Below, in pieces: positions 29,417-38,205 of a stretch of 38,205 bases of DNA. Origin of the DNA: Candidatus Kaiserbacteria bacterium RIFCSPLOWO2_01_FULL_51_21 (lineage in GTDB: Bacteria > Patescibacteriota > Minisyncoccia > Phycocordibacterales > 2-01-FULL-51-21); assembly GCA_001781435.1 (NCBI GenBank), contig MFLV01000023.1, positions 11,191-49,395 on the forward strand, written 5' to 3'. How positions within the stretch are numbered: position 1 is the stretch's first letter; each line of letters starts with the position of its first letter. The notes under the pieces were generated by a model. The model was not told the DNA's origin, did not search any database, and saw only the letters and a program-made list of their open reading frames with translations. The position numbers were made by a program, and so were the translations under genes.

Positions 29417-30700
29417 CTAAATTTCTTCCCAGGAATCGATGCTGAAACTTCCCGATGGCCCCGATGAAAAATTGAGATTGATGACGCCTGTCTCGTACGT
29501 CACCAGCGCACTGTTTTGAAGGTGTAATTTATACCCGGTCACTTCACGAAGCGAAACGTTATTTCTAATCAGAATTTCGCCTCGTCCCGCATAAAGAAGA
29601 AGTTTGCCGTTAGCGCTATTTTGCAAGGTTATGGCAACATTCGAACCTCCGGCCTCCGCACTGCGATTTTGCGATAAAAAAACAATATAGGACTGCGGGT
29701 CACCTGATCCGAAAAATGAGCCGTTGTTAAGATCCATAATAGCGCTATTTAAATTGTCCGAAGGATTGTCTGCAATAATCTGTGCGCTGTTCTTTCCAAG
29801 CGACGAGGCAGCAACAATGGTCGGATTGTTTTGAAACGTCACGTTGCCTACGACCCAAATGGGGCCCGCAAAGGTCACGGTTGGATTTCCGCTTACCACA
29901 AGATCACAGGCGATTTTTTTAGGGCCAATCGTTGTATCCGAACTGATAACATACGGGCAGGGCGACGAAATCGTTCCGCCAGAAGCTGCCACACTCTCCC
30001 ATGTTTCGACCAAGGCGTCGGAGATAGGAAGCGAGGAGGTGGACTGATCGGCGCTTCCGGGGTAAGAGGTCCTTAAAACAGTCGACCCCGAAATACTCTG
30101 GTAGTACGCGTCTTTATCAATGGTCGAATTTTGAATCGTATGAGCATACATCGAACTTGTCGCATGAATACCGCTAACGAAACCCGATGGTCCCGCGGAA
30201 ATCACGTCGCCGCCGATACTATTGCCGGACCCCTGTATCGGCCCATTTGATAGGACATTGCCATATACCCGCGAGCTGTTTTCAAGAAGCATGCCTCCCA
30301 CATCGGATTGGACGCCAAAACTAAATGAGGCGCCGGTTCCAACGATAAGCACCGCCGAAATGGCCCGAGTTACCTCGCTTTCAGTTTCCGCAACAGTAGC
30401 GAGCGACTTCCCATTAAACACATCCACAATAGTCGTCGTTGCCGCCACTCCCCCGAGCGTCAGCGTTTGCGGAGAGACGACGGCATTTCCTTGTTTTAAG
30501 CGCAAACTTACGTCTTCCAAAGACCCTTCAGCCGCAAAATAGCTCTGCTTTGATTCGACTAAGGTCCGCACACCGCGTATTTCTTTTACTATCGGGGTTA
30601 CAATGCCGGCAATAATGACAAGGCTTCCAAAAAGAAAGAGCAGCACGGCCGTAATAACTGCTTGCCCTTGTGATCGCGGAATATTTGAAAATTTTTTCAT
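29417..30700 (-). CDS. PilX-like minor pilin with a large beta-rich C-terminal region
   Basis: Prepilin-like GQAVITAVLL; SYFAAEGSLE; ends SWEEI. Confidence 0.7.
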   Translation of the reverse strand: MKKFSNIPRSQGQAVITAVLLFLFGSLVIIAGIVTPIVKEIRGVRTLVESKQSYFAAEGSLEDVSLRLKQGNAVVSPQTLTLGGVAATTTIVDVFNGKSLATVAETESEVTRAISAVLIVGTGASFSFGVQSDVGGMLLENSSRVYGNVLSNGPIQGSGNSIGGDVISAGPSGFVSGIHATSSMYAHTIQNSTIDKDAYYQSISGSTVLRTSYPGSADQSTSSLPISDALVETWESVAASGGTISSPCPYVISSDTTIGPKKIACDLVVSGNPTVTFAGPIWVVGNVTFQNNPTIVAASSLGKNSAQIIADNPSDNLNSAIMDLNNGSFFGSGDPQSYIVFLSQNRSAEAGGSNVAITLQNSANGKLLLYAGRGEILIRNNVSLREVTGYKLHLQNSALVTYETGVINLNFSSGPSGSFSIDSWEEI

Positions 30701-30702
30701 AG

Positions 30703-31206
30703 TTAATAGGCACCACGCAAAACCGCAAAATCCTCAAATGATTCACTTTTTGTTCCTACGGAACTGGTCGCCGTGAGAATTAATTGGATGCGCACTCCAA
30801 GGATTGAACTTGAGGTAATTTTCTCAAACATAAGGGTGTCAACGCTTACATCGGGAAGCGTGAGCGACCCGATGTCGATTCCATTCTCACGTACACGCAA
30901 TGAGCCATTCACAAGCGAGAACATGGTTGTCGTTGCGCCCGAGAGGAGCGTGAGCTGCCCTGGATTTGCGTTTAAAATACTTGCGGCATCAACCGAGCTT
31001 GCGGCGCGAATATCGCGCATCATCCGCTCCATGCCAATCGTCGCACTCTCATTAATATGGCGCGCCACGATAAGCGCTCCATAGGAGCGCATCATGGAAA
31101 CAAAAAGACCGATAATGGCAGTGAGGAGAAGAACCAAAAGTGCAACATAAATAAGCGCTTCAAGAAGCGTCATGCCTCGAGACGATGTCCTCAAAAGACG
31201 ATGCAT
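30703..31206 (-). CDS. Type IV minor pilin
   Basis: Cleavage/N-methylation motif G-MTLLE. Confidence 0.85.
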   Translation of the reverse strand: MHRLLRTSSRGMTLLEALIYVALLVLLLTAIIGLFVSMMRSYGALIVARHINESATIGMERMMRDIRAASSVDAASILNANPGQLTLLSGATTTMFSLVNGSLRVRENGIDIGSLTLPDVSVDTLMFEKITSSSILGVRIQLILTATSSVGTKSESFEDFAVLRGAY

Positions 31207-31207
31207 A

Positions 31208-31681
31208 TTAATTGTCTAAAAGATTAGTCAGATAGGTCATAATGGTTGTCGTGCCATCTTCCCAAACAACTTGGGCGGTCACGTGTCGTGTATTACTGTC
31301 AAAAGAAGCAGAAGGGTTTGCGGAAACAATCTCTTTTGAAACGTCGTCGCGATATACATCATCAAAAATAATGACCCGAGTAAATCCATCGTTCGACGAT
31401 ATGGTTGTCGAGAGAGTCCAGCCATTGTTCCAATCAAGATAATACGCGCTGCTCGAAGCAAGTGGTGCAATATTAGTGGTCCATGAACTATCGCGGAGAT
31501 AACGCACCGCTTCGAGTCCCTCTTCAGCATACAGAGCCGCTTGAATTTTTTGGGTATTTGCCAATCCGCCATGGACCGAAATATTAAACGAAGACAAAAT
31601 ACCGACAAGTGCCGTCGCGATAATTGCCGCCCCAATCACAACTTCAAGAAGCCCTATTCCCTGTTTCCGGCTATACCGCAT
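31208..31681 (-). CDS. Type IV minor pilin (PilV-like)
   Basis: G-IGLLEVVI; AEEGLEAVR. Confidence 0.85.
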   Translation of the reverse strand: MRYSRKQGIGLLEVVIGAAIIATALVGILSSFNISVHGGLANTQKIQAALYAEEGLEAVRYLRDSSWTTNIAPLASSSAYYLDWNNGWTLSTTISSNDGFTRVIIFDDVYRDDVSKEIVSANPSASFDSNTRHVTAQVVWEDGTTTIMTYLTNLLDN

Positions 31682-32147
31682 AGGTAACGTGTCTTGCTAC
31701 GCGGATAAGACCAGTGGCTTCGATAGTTATCGTTCTCGTTTTTGAAGCGTCTGAAACAAGCATGACTACCACGTTTCCGGTCGTGTTCACTTTCCCGCTT
31801 GCTCGGGCAAATACGATATCGCTTCCGCCCGTAGTAAAATTTATGGCACTAATCTGAATGCGCGAAGATAGCGTAGTGATTTGATTGTCCGGATCAGACG
31901 CATTGTAGGTTTCTCCCTTGAAGAGCGTAACGGTAGAACTTGTAAAATGTATGCCGTAGGAGGAGGCGCCAACGCTTCCCATAGCTTTTGATCGCGCCTC
32001 GTTTACTACGGAAGCTATTTCAATTGTACTGGTATCGAGAGTCTTTGTTCCACTAAATTGATTAAGTGCGATGATGCTAAAAATAAAAAGACCGCCAAAG
32101 AGCGCAACGACAATGAGTACTTCCATAAGGGAAAAAGCGCGGCTCAT
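31671..32147 (-). CDS. Type IV minor pilin (FimT/GspH-like)
   Basis: A-FSLMEVLIV; ARSKA. Confidence 0.85.
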   Translation of the reverse strand: MSRAFSLMEVLIVVALFGGLFIFSIIALNQFSGTKTLDTSTIEIASVVNEARSKAMGSVGASSYGIHFTSSTVTLFKGETYNASDPDNQITTLSSRIQISAINFTTGGSDIVFARASGKVNTTGNVVVMLVSDASKTRTITIEATGLIRVARHVTYAV

Positions 32148-33361
32148 ATGGCGTTTGAAAGCGAATAGATCGGGCTAATAACTGAAAGCGCAAAGAAGCC
32201 AACCGCAATTCCGATAACAACCATAAGAATGGGCTCGATAATAGTCGACATATTTTTTGTCTTCTGCTCAACCTCGTTTTCATAAAACGTCGCAACTTGG
32301 AGAAGCATCGTGGAGAGTCCCCCCGTTTCTTCTCCGACCGAAATGAGTTCGCCCATAAGCGGCGGGTAGAGATGCTCGTTTTGAGAAAAGGCTGGTGCGA
32401 TCTGAAGACCTTTTTGGATTTGCTTCTGCGCCTCCGCAAGCACTTCACGGAAGTAGGAATTTTGGATAACCTCACGAGCAATTGAAAATGCCGTTATCAC
32501 TTCAACCCCCGAAGAAAGAAGGGAGGAGAGCGTGCGCGCGGTCCGAGCAGTGTTAACTTCGCGCACAAGCCCTTTAATGATCGGGGTGCGCAGGAGAACA
32601 AATTCAAACGTCCGATGTCCTCGCGGTGTTCTCAAAAGGGCAATAAAACCCATCACTCCGCCGACAACACCGAAAATGGCAAGAAGGAAATTTCCGACAA
32701 ACCAGTCGCTCACGCCGATGATAATGCGGGTGGTAAGCGGTAACTGTACGTCAAATTCTTTGAATGTAGCAGTCAGTGTTGGAACCACAAAAATAAGCAT
32801 CGTAATGCCGATGATTACCATTGCGGAAAGGACGATACCCGGATACATCATCGCGCCTCTGATTTTTTTAGTAAGCATATATGAACGCTCTACCTGGTCG
32901 GCAACACCAAGAAGAGCCCCCGATAATTTACCGCTTTCGTCCCCCGCTTTTACCATAGCGATAAAAAGCTTCGGAAACACTTTGGGAAACTGCTCCATTG
33001 CCTCATGAAGACTTCTCCCGCGTTTGATCCCCTCAATGAGGGAAAGCAGGACTTCTCTTAAATGCCGATTTCTTGTTTGCCGCTCAAGCACCCCGAGTCC
33101 CCGAGAGAGCGGTAATCCTGCCGCAAGCATAGCGCCGAGGTTCCGCGCAAAAACAATTTTCTCGCTCGTACGTACGCTGCCAAAAAAAGAGATGAGCTTT
33201 CTCACATCGATGTGAAGCCCTTCCCTGACTTCATTGATCGAAACGACCGTCCCACCCACCTTACGCACCTCGGCATACACGGCAAAACGGTCCGGCAAGT
33301 CTAGCGTCTCTTCATACGTCTCTCCTCCCGCGTGTGTGGCTTTATAGTGAAATTTTGGCAT
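32144..33361 (-). CDS. pilC: Type IV pilus / type II secretion platform protein (PilC/GspF family)
   Basis: Two GspF domains: AGDESGKL, AMMYP, GEETG, IEP. Confidence 0.93.
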   Translation of the reverse strand: MPKFHYKATHAGGETYEETLDLPDRFAVYAEVRKVGGTVVSINEVREGLHIDVRKLISFFGSVRTSEKIVFARNLGAMLAAGLPLSRGLGVLERQTRNRHLREVLLSLIEGIKRGRSLHEAMEQFPKVFPKLFIAMVKAGDESGKLSGALLGVADQVERSYMLTKKIRGAMMYPGIVLSAMVIIGITMLIFVVPTLTATFKEFDVQLPLTTRIIIGVSDWFVGNFLLAIFGVVGGVMGFIALLRTPRGHRTFEFVLLRTPIIKGLVREVNTARTARTLSSLLSSGVEVITAFSIAREVIQNSYFREVLAEAQKQIQKGLQIAPAFSQNEHLYPPLMGELISVGEETGGLSTMLLQVATFYENEVEQKTKNMSTIIEPILMVVIGIAVGFFALSVISPIYSLSNAI

Positions 33362-33369
33362 ATTATGCA

Positions 33370-33430
33370 GAAGTACGAAGTACAGGAATAAAGCTCATGG
33401 CACGATCTCGTAATTCGTAATTCATAATTC
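33370..33430. repeat. Inverted heptamer arrays at the pilB-pilC junction
   Basis: GAAGTAC GAAGTAC ... GTAATTC GTAATTC ATAATTC. Confidence 0.75.
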
Positions 33431-33438
33431 GCGATTTC

Positions 33439-35190
33439 TTACTCCGAGATAACACGGAGTACTTCTTCAATCGTGGTAATACCCTGTGCCGCTTTGAAAA
33501 TACCGTCTTCAAACATCGTGAGCATTCCCTCCGTCACTGCCTGTTTTTCAATCGTATCTTCCGTGCCTCCTTTCATCACAATGTCTTTAATCGTTGGCGT
33601 CACCGGAAACACCTCATGAATACCGATACGACCGCTAAAACCATCAGGGCACTCGGGAGAAGCTTTCGCTTTATAAAAAGGAATTTTCTCCCACGTAGCT
33701 CCCCCGGGAACGATTTTCTCCTCTTTCAGCGTTGAGAGGACATGATCAAGGTTGACCGACTTGCCAAGTGAAGTAATTTCTGACTGCGAGAGACGGTATT
33801 CCTTCCGCGGAGAACAAAGCTTCCGTACCAGTCGCTGGCCGATAATCACGTTCACGGTTGAAACCAAAAGAAAAGGTTCGGAGCCCATGTCAATCATGCG
33901 CGGGATTGCGCCAGCGGCTGAATTGGTATGCAGAGTCGAGAGAACAAGATGCCCGGTGAGTGCGGCGTTAATGGCAAGCGAGACGGTTTCTTTGTCGCGA
34001 ATTTCCCCGACCATGATGATGTCGGGATCCTGTCGCATAAATGTGCGAAGTCCTGCGGCAAAGGTGAAGCCTATTTCCGGCTTCACCTGCGTTTGGTTGA
34101 CCCGAGGCATTTGATACTCGATAGGATCTTCAATTGTCGAGATATTTACTTCCGGCGTGTTCAGGATATCGAGAAGCGTATAGAGCGTTGTGGTCTTACC
34201 GGAACCGGTCGGACCGGTGGTGAGGAGCATGCCGGTTTTTTGTTTTGCGGCGCTGTGCAAGCGCTCAAGCGCCTCGCCATGAAATCCCAAACTTTCCAAG
34301 GTGAACCCTCCCGCGCTCTCTCGCAGCAACCGCATAACTACCTTTTCGCCATAGAAAACCGGCAGAAGCGAGACGCGCAAAGATACTTTTTGCCCGTGTA
34401 AATCTATTTTGAAGCGGCCGTCCTGTGGAAGCCTTTTTTCATCGAGTTTAAGATTCGCAAGAACTTTAATGCGTGCGGTGATCGAGGAAGCGGCGGTCTT
34501 TGGAAGCATCATCGCATCGTGGAGAATACCGTCAATGCGATAGCGCACGACCAATTCTTTCTCCATCGGCTCGATATGGACGTCGGAAGCATTCTGCACG
34601 ACGGCATGGGAGAGAAGTGAATCAACGATGCGCACCACCGGTAAATCCTCAGCGAGCTTTTTAAGATCACTTACCGAGGCATCGCTTCCCGGTTCGTTGG
34701 AAATAGCCTTGAGGGCCTCTGATTCGGCTTGGATAATATCGCCAAATTCGTCTTTGAGCGTTTTTTGATACTGCAGAAGTGCACTTTTAATGGAATCGGC
34801 ATCGGTAAGCCGCGGCAGAATCTTGAGCCCAACCTTTTTTTTCACGAAATCAATCGCTTCAAGGTCGCCGGTATCAAGCATTGCCACTTCAAGAGCGTCT
34901 CCAGTTTTCTTAAAAGCGAGAATGTTGTGATTGCGCGCGATGGGTTCCGGAATAAGAGAGAGTGCTTCGGGGTCAATCTTCTTCCCCTTTAAGTTAACAA
35001 AGGGAATTCCTAAGACATACGCTTGCATGCGGCGCATATCATCTTCAGTGACTACCGCTCTCTCTACCAGTACCTTACCGATGCTTACGTTGTCTTTTTC
35101 CGCCTGTTTTTCGGCATCTTCAAATTCACTCCGCGGCACCAAGCCAGAGTCGACAATGAATCCTTTGAGTTGTTTCTCGTCAATGTACAT
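33439..35190 (-). CDS. pilB: Type IV pilus assembly ATPase (PilB/GspE family)
   Basis: ASDVHIEP, RLPQDG, GPTGSGKTT, RQDPDIIMVGEIRD, TGHLVLSTLH; start ATG 35190. Confidence 0.95.
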   Translation of the reverse strand: MYIDEKQLKGFIVDSGLVPRSEFEDAEKQAEKDNVSIGKVLVERAVVTEDDMRRMQAYVLGIPFVNLKGKKIDPEALSLIPEPIARNHNILAFKKTGDALEVAMLDTGDLEAIDFVKKKVGLKILPRLTDADSIKSALLQYQKTLKDEFGDIIQAESEALKAISNEPGSDASVSDLKKLAEDLPVVRIVDSLLSHAVVQNASDVHIEPMEKELVVRYRIDGILHDAMMLPKTAASSITARIKVLANLKLDEKRLPQDGRFKIDLHGQKVSLRVSLLPVFYGEKVVMRLLRESAGGFTLESLGFHGEALERLHSAAKQKTGMLLTTGPTGSGKTTTLYTLLDILNTPEVNISTIEDPIEYQMPRVNQTQVKPEIGFTFAAGLRTFMRQDPDIIMVGEIRDKETVSLAINAALTGHLVLSTLHTNSAAGAIPRMIDMGSEPFLLVSTVNVIIGQRLVRKLCSPRKEYRLSQSEITSLGKSVNLDHVLSTLKEEKIVPGGATWEKIPFYKAKASPECPDGFSGRIGIHEVFPVTPTIKDIVMKGGTEDTIEKQAVTEGMLTMFEDGIFKAAQGITTIEEVLRVISE

Positions 35191-35281
35191 GCGAGAGTCG
35201 GTTGACTCCAGTATAACGCAAGGCGCATTGTGTTGTCCTTTTATTTCTATATACTTACTGCGGATATTACGGAGAACTCCG

Positions 35282-35638
35282 ATGAAAGATACGGCAGTCA
35301 AGCGCGATTGGCTTTTTCTTCCCGTTCACAAGATAGACGACCTTGTCCTGCGTAAAGCGACAAAACGGGCGTACTGGAAAGGAGGAAAGGTCAATCTCAC
35401 CGTCAGACAATTCGACCTCGTGGACCTTCTCTTCTCCCACCGCGGCACGGACATTTCCTCCCGCAAGCTATACGATACCTTTCGCGGACGTCCCGGCCTG
35501 CTGGCGGGAAACGGTCCAGAAGGATACCGGGTGAATCTGCGCGTCGTCATAATGCACATTCGGAAGACATTCAAGGCGATTGACCCGGCGTTCGATGAAA
35601 TAGAGACGTTCGCGGGTTTCGGTTACCGATGGAAATAG
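35282..35638 (+). CDS. Stand-alone OmpR/PhoB-type winged-helix DNA-binding domain
   Basis: GGAG before ATG 35282; LT..QFDL...IRKTF..IDP.FD.IET..GFGYRW; no receiver domain. Confidence 0.8.
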   Translation: MKDTAVKRDWLFLPVHKIDDLVLRKATKRAYWKGGKVNLTVRQFDLVDLLFSHRGTDISSRKLYDTFRGRPGLLAGNGPEGYRVNLRVVIMHIRKTFKAIDPAFDEIETFAGFGYRWK

Positions 35639-35651
35639 CCGGGAGAGCCCC

Positions 35652-35680
35652 ACTGCCGCGTCACTAGGCGCGGCAGTTTC
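35652..35680 (+). terminator. Terminator-like hairpin
   Basis: ACTGCCGCG-TCACTAGG-CGCGGCAGT after the stop codon. Confidence 0.55.
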
Positions 35681-35692
35681 AATGCTTGTTGA

Positions 35693-35760
35693 CCCCGTAG
35701 TAGATTTTGGCGATGCGCCGAAGGCGCGGGCATAGCCCTTCGCCAAAATTCACTACCGGA
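35693..35760 (+). mobile_element. Palindromic mini-element E (68 bp, GTAG/CTAC subtype)
   Basis: CCCCGTAGTAGATTTTGGCGA...TCGCCAAAATTCACTACCGGA, flanked by TTGA at 35689-35692 and 35761-35764. Confidence 0.82.
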
Positions 35761-35764
35761 TTGA

Positions 35765-35884
35765 CCCCGTTGAGAGTACGCGGGCGCAGTATTTCAATAC
35801 CGATACCATAAGTACCTCACGAGTTGATGAGCACGGTTCTCTGCGCAAAAAATTCACAGCGCACGCGCCCTACTTCTAACGGGG
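35765..35884. mobile_element. Palindromic mini-element F (120 bp, GTT/AAC subtype)
   Basis: CCCCGTTGAGAGTA...TACTTCTAACGGGG, flanked by TTGA at 35761-35764 and 35885-35888. Confidence 0.78.
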
Positions 35885-35912
35885 TTGACAAAAAACAGGG
35901 AGGGTATAAACT
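35885..35912 (+). promoter_or_regulatory. Putative sigma70 promoter upstream of nusA
   Basis: TTGACA-16 bp-TAAACT; its TTGA is the flanking repeat of element F. Confidence 0.65.
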
Positions 35913-36170
35913 TATGGGCATTACTGAAACGTCCGCCCCCGAGGGGCGGACGTTTCGTTCAAAGAGTCTTGACTGCCCCAGCCCTAACTTTGCGAAGGTG
36001 CTCGAGTAGAATCGGTGTAAAGAATCTTGGTGACAAATTCTTTGGCAACCCGCTTCGCGCAATAGGGACGGCCTGTTCGGCCCCGCGGGTTGCGAGACAA
36101 GAAAATAGCAAAATGAGAGCGGGGTCTAAGATTTTCTAAGCTCGTATTACTCGCTAATAAAATCTAAGAT

Positions 36171-37352
36171 ATGTTCGATTTGAAAGTAATCCATTCCGTG
36201 CTTGACCAGCTTGAGGAAGAGCGGGGTATCCCGCGGGGAAAAGTGCTTGAGGCGATTGAGACGGCGCTTGCGACCGCATATAAAAAGGAATACGGCAAAC
36301 GCGGACAAATTATCCGGGCGGCGTTTGATTTGGGAAGCGGCAATACTCAATTTTTCCAAGTGAAGATTGTTGTCGAGCCTTCTCAGGTCATCATGGAAGA
36401 CGAAGAAAAAAGGGACGAAAACGACGAGCGTGTGCGGTTCAACCCCGAACACCATATCTTTCTCGACGATGCGCGCAAAATCAAAAAAGATGCGCAGCTT
36501 GATGACGAACTTATCTTTCCTCTTGAATCCAAAGGCGATTACGGCCGTATCGCGGCGCAAACCGCCAAGCAGGTCATTATTCAAAAAATCCGCGAAGCGG
36601 AAAAAGTCTCCGTGCTTGAAGAATTTGGGGAGCGCGAAGGAGACATCGTCTCGGGCACCGTTCAGCGCGTCGAGCGGGGAAATCTTTTTGTTGACCTTGG
36701 CCGCGCCACCGGTATCTTGCCCTACGAAGAGCAGATTCCGGGCGAGCGGTACCGGCAGGGAGAGCGCATCCGGGCGTATCTTTTCTCTGTCGAGGAAAGC
36801 CCGCGTGGCGTGTTTTTGCGTCTTTCGCGTGCCCACCCCCAATTTCTCGTAAAACTTTTTGCGCTTGAAGCACCGGAAGTCGCAAGTGGCGTCGTCGAGA
36901 TTAAAACAATCGCACGAGAGGCGGGTTCCCGCTCAAAAATAGCCGTTGCTTCCCGCGATGAGCATATTGACCCGGTCGGGTCCCTTGTCGGCCAGCGGGG
37001 CGTGCGCGTTTCAACCGTGATGAGCGAACTCGGCGGAGAAAAAATAGACATCATCGAGTGGTCCTCGGACCCGCGCCAATTTATCGAAGACGCCCTCTCT
37101 CCGGCCAAGGTCCTGGGGGTTACCATTGATGAGGCAACGCGCAGGGCGGTTGTTGAGGTCTCTTCCGAACAGCAGTCCCTCGCGATCGGCAAAGGCGGGC
37201 AAAACGTGCGCCTCGCGGCAAAACTTACCGGCTGGAAAATAGATATTCAATCTCTCCGCGGCGAATCGCTCGCGGAATCTGGAGAAAGCGGAAAACCAGA
37301 ATTAAAAACTGAAAGTACCCCAATACCAGAAGCATCTCAAAAGTCCGAGTAA
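36171..37352 (+). CDS. nusA: Transcription termination/antitermination factor NusA
   Basis: GRIAAQTAKQ, S1 domain, AREAGSRSKIAV, AIGKGGQNVRLA. Confidence 0.98.
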   Translation: MFDLKVIHSVLDQLEEERGIPRGKVLEAIETALATAYKKEYGKRGQIIRAAFDLGSGNTQFFQVKIVVEPSQVIMEDEEKRDENDERVRFNPEHHIFLDDARKIKKDAQLDDELIFPLESKGDYGRIAAQTAKQVIIQKIREAEKVSVLEEFGEREGDIVSGTVQRVERGNLFVDLGRATGILPYEEQIPGERYRQGERIRAYLFSVEESPRGVFLRLSRAHPQFLVKLFALEAPEVASGVVEIKTIAREAGSRSKIAVASRDEHIDPVGSLVGQRGVRVSTVMSELGGEKIDIIEWSSDPRQFIEDALSPAKVLGVTIDEATRRAVVEVSSEQQSLAIGKGGQNVRLAAKLTGWKIDIQSLRGESLAESGESGKPELKTESTPIPEASQKSE

Positions 37353-37353
37353 A

Positions 37354-37390
37354 CAAAAATACCCTCCGCTTCAGGCGGAGGGTATTTTTG
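37354..37390. terminator. Bidirectional terminator
   Basis: CAAAAATACCCTCCGC-TTCAG-GCGGAGGGTATTTTTG between convergent genes. Confidence 0.85.
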
Positions 37391-37399
37391 ATGTCCTTT

Positions 37400-38205
37400 T
37401 TAAAATTCCCAAACAACAATCATGCCGCTTCCGCCTGCGGTGCCAACGACACCCGCGTCAGCGAATGTTAGTATACCAGTGTTATTCGGGTCACTTCCAT
37501 AATAACCTGTACCGCCCGCACCCCCACCCCCATTTACTCCTGCGATCGCTCCACCTGCTCGTGTGCCGCCACCGCCAAAAAAGGAACCGCCACCAGACCC
37601 TCCGATACCCCCAGAGCCTTTGCCGCCAACTCCTCCGGGATCTCCGCGAAGATTAAGATTTCCTAAGCTCCCGAGGCCTCCACCCCCCCCCAGTCCCGTG
37701 TTTCCGAAACCTCCGGCACCTCCTAGAGCTTGGCAAAGAGAAGGAGATCCAAAAGTGGAAGTACCTCCAGAACCTCCACTAACAGCTTGGCCGCTTGCGG
37801 CAGAACCACCGGCGCCTACTGTAAAAGGAATACTATTAATAGCTGAAACGTCGACAAGTTTTTTACAATAGCCTCCTCCACCACCACCACCACCTCCGCA
37901 GTTAGCTGGCCAATTATTGCCATCCCAGGTACAACTTCGAGCTCCACCGCCGCCGCCGCCAACAACTTCAACAAGAATCTTTGTAATGCCTGCGGGTTTG
38001 GTCCATGTACCAGCACCTGCTGTAGTAAAAGTTTTGACCGATTGATAGAGGCCCCCACTACTACTCGGCCACGCTGTAATGCAATCTGCTCCAATGCAGT
38101 ATTTTGGAGAGGTGACCTTGGGGTCAGTTCCGCCAAGCGCCTGGAGGAGTTGTGAGGCGACTGAGTTTTGTCCAATGAGGTCGGTTGCCGTGATGGAGCT
38201 CGTCT
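37400..38205 (-). CDS. C-terminal part of a glycine-rich, fibre-like surface protein (start outside the window)
   Basis: Manual translation, open from 38203 to TAA at 37400: ...KYCIGADCITAWP...FTTAGAGTWTKPAGITKILVEVVGGGGGG...GGSGMIVVWEF; not in the ORF track. Confidence 0.8.
   Translation of the reverse strand, partial: TSSITATDLIGQNSVASQLLQALGGTDPKVTSPKYCIGADCITAWPSSSGGLYQSVKTFTTAGAGTWTKPAGITKILVEVVGGGGGGARSCTWDGNNWPANCGGGGGGGGGYCKKLVDVSAINSIPFTVGAGGSAASGQAVSGGSGGTSTFGSPSLCQALGGAGGFGNTGLGGGGGLGSLGNLNLRGDPGGVGGKGSGGIGGSGGGSFFGGGGTRAGGAIAGVNGGGGAGGTGYYGSDPNNTGILTFADAGVVGTAGGSGMIVVWEF

Noticed and set aside
34931-35281. N-terminal half of the 235 aa ORF as part of the regulator
   Set aside because: Antisense to pilB; the SD-supported start is at 35282.
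35689-35888. TTGACCCCGT repeated with spacers, as a possible CRISPR array
   Set aside because: Only two units of unequal length, each with its own terminal inverted repeats; no cas genes nearby.
36147-36842. Long antisense ORFs over nusA, rpsC, rplD, fusA and the HAD gene
   Set aside because: No recognisable motifs; expected shadows of conserved genes.
37563-37871. Proline-rich 102 aa plus-strand ORF
   Set aside because: Antisense shadow of the glycine codons of the minus-strand gene.

Overview
Chromosomal segment of a small-genome bacterium, most likely Patescibacteria/CPR of the Parcubacteria type. This is inferred from the gene mix (type IV pilin cluster, split ComEC, DUF5674, Gly-rich fibre protein, core genes without Shine-Dalgarno sites); TGA is used as a stop. 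Bases 1-16.4 kb hold the str (rpsL-rpsG-fusA-tuf), S10 and spc ribosomal clusters on the minus strand, interrupted at four junctions by accessory genes and re-started by internal sigma70-type promoters. Bases 16.4-38.2 kb hold a site-2 protease, rpmB, split ComEC, a histidine phosphatase, a fatty acid desaturase, SOD, rnhA, recJ, HIT, a HAD/RfaE-like kinase pair, pgk-tpiA, a pilB-pilC-pilin operon, an orphan OmpR-type DNA-binding domain, nusA and the end of a Gly-rich protein. No rRNA, tRNA, CRISPR array or transposase was recognised. The strongest unexplained signal is a family of 35-132 bp palindromic mini-elements with CCCCG...CGGGG-type ends and 4-5 bp flanking direct repeats. They sit exactly in -35 boxes, a -10 box and the rplV start codon, and the duplication rebuilds the signal they interrupt. 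Other signals: 7-bp-period repeat arrays at gene junctions, a shared hairpin-plus-U-tract leader on five translation genes, loopless palindromes before both ComEC halves, and a one-residue deletion in the uS12 decoding loop.
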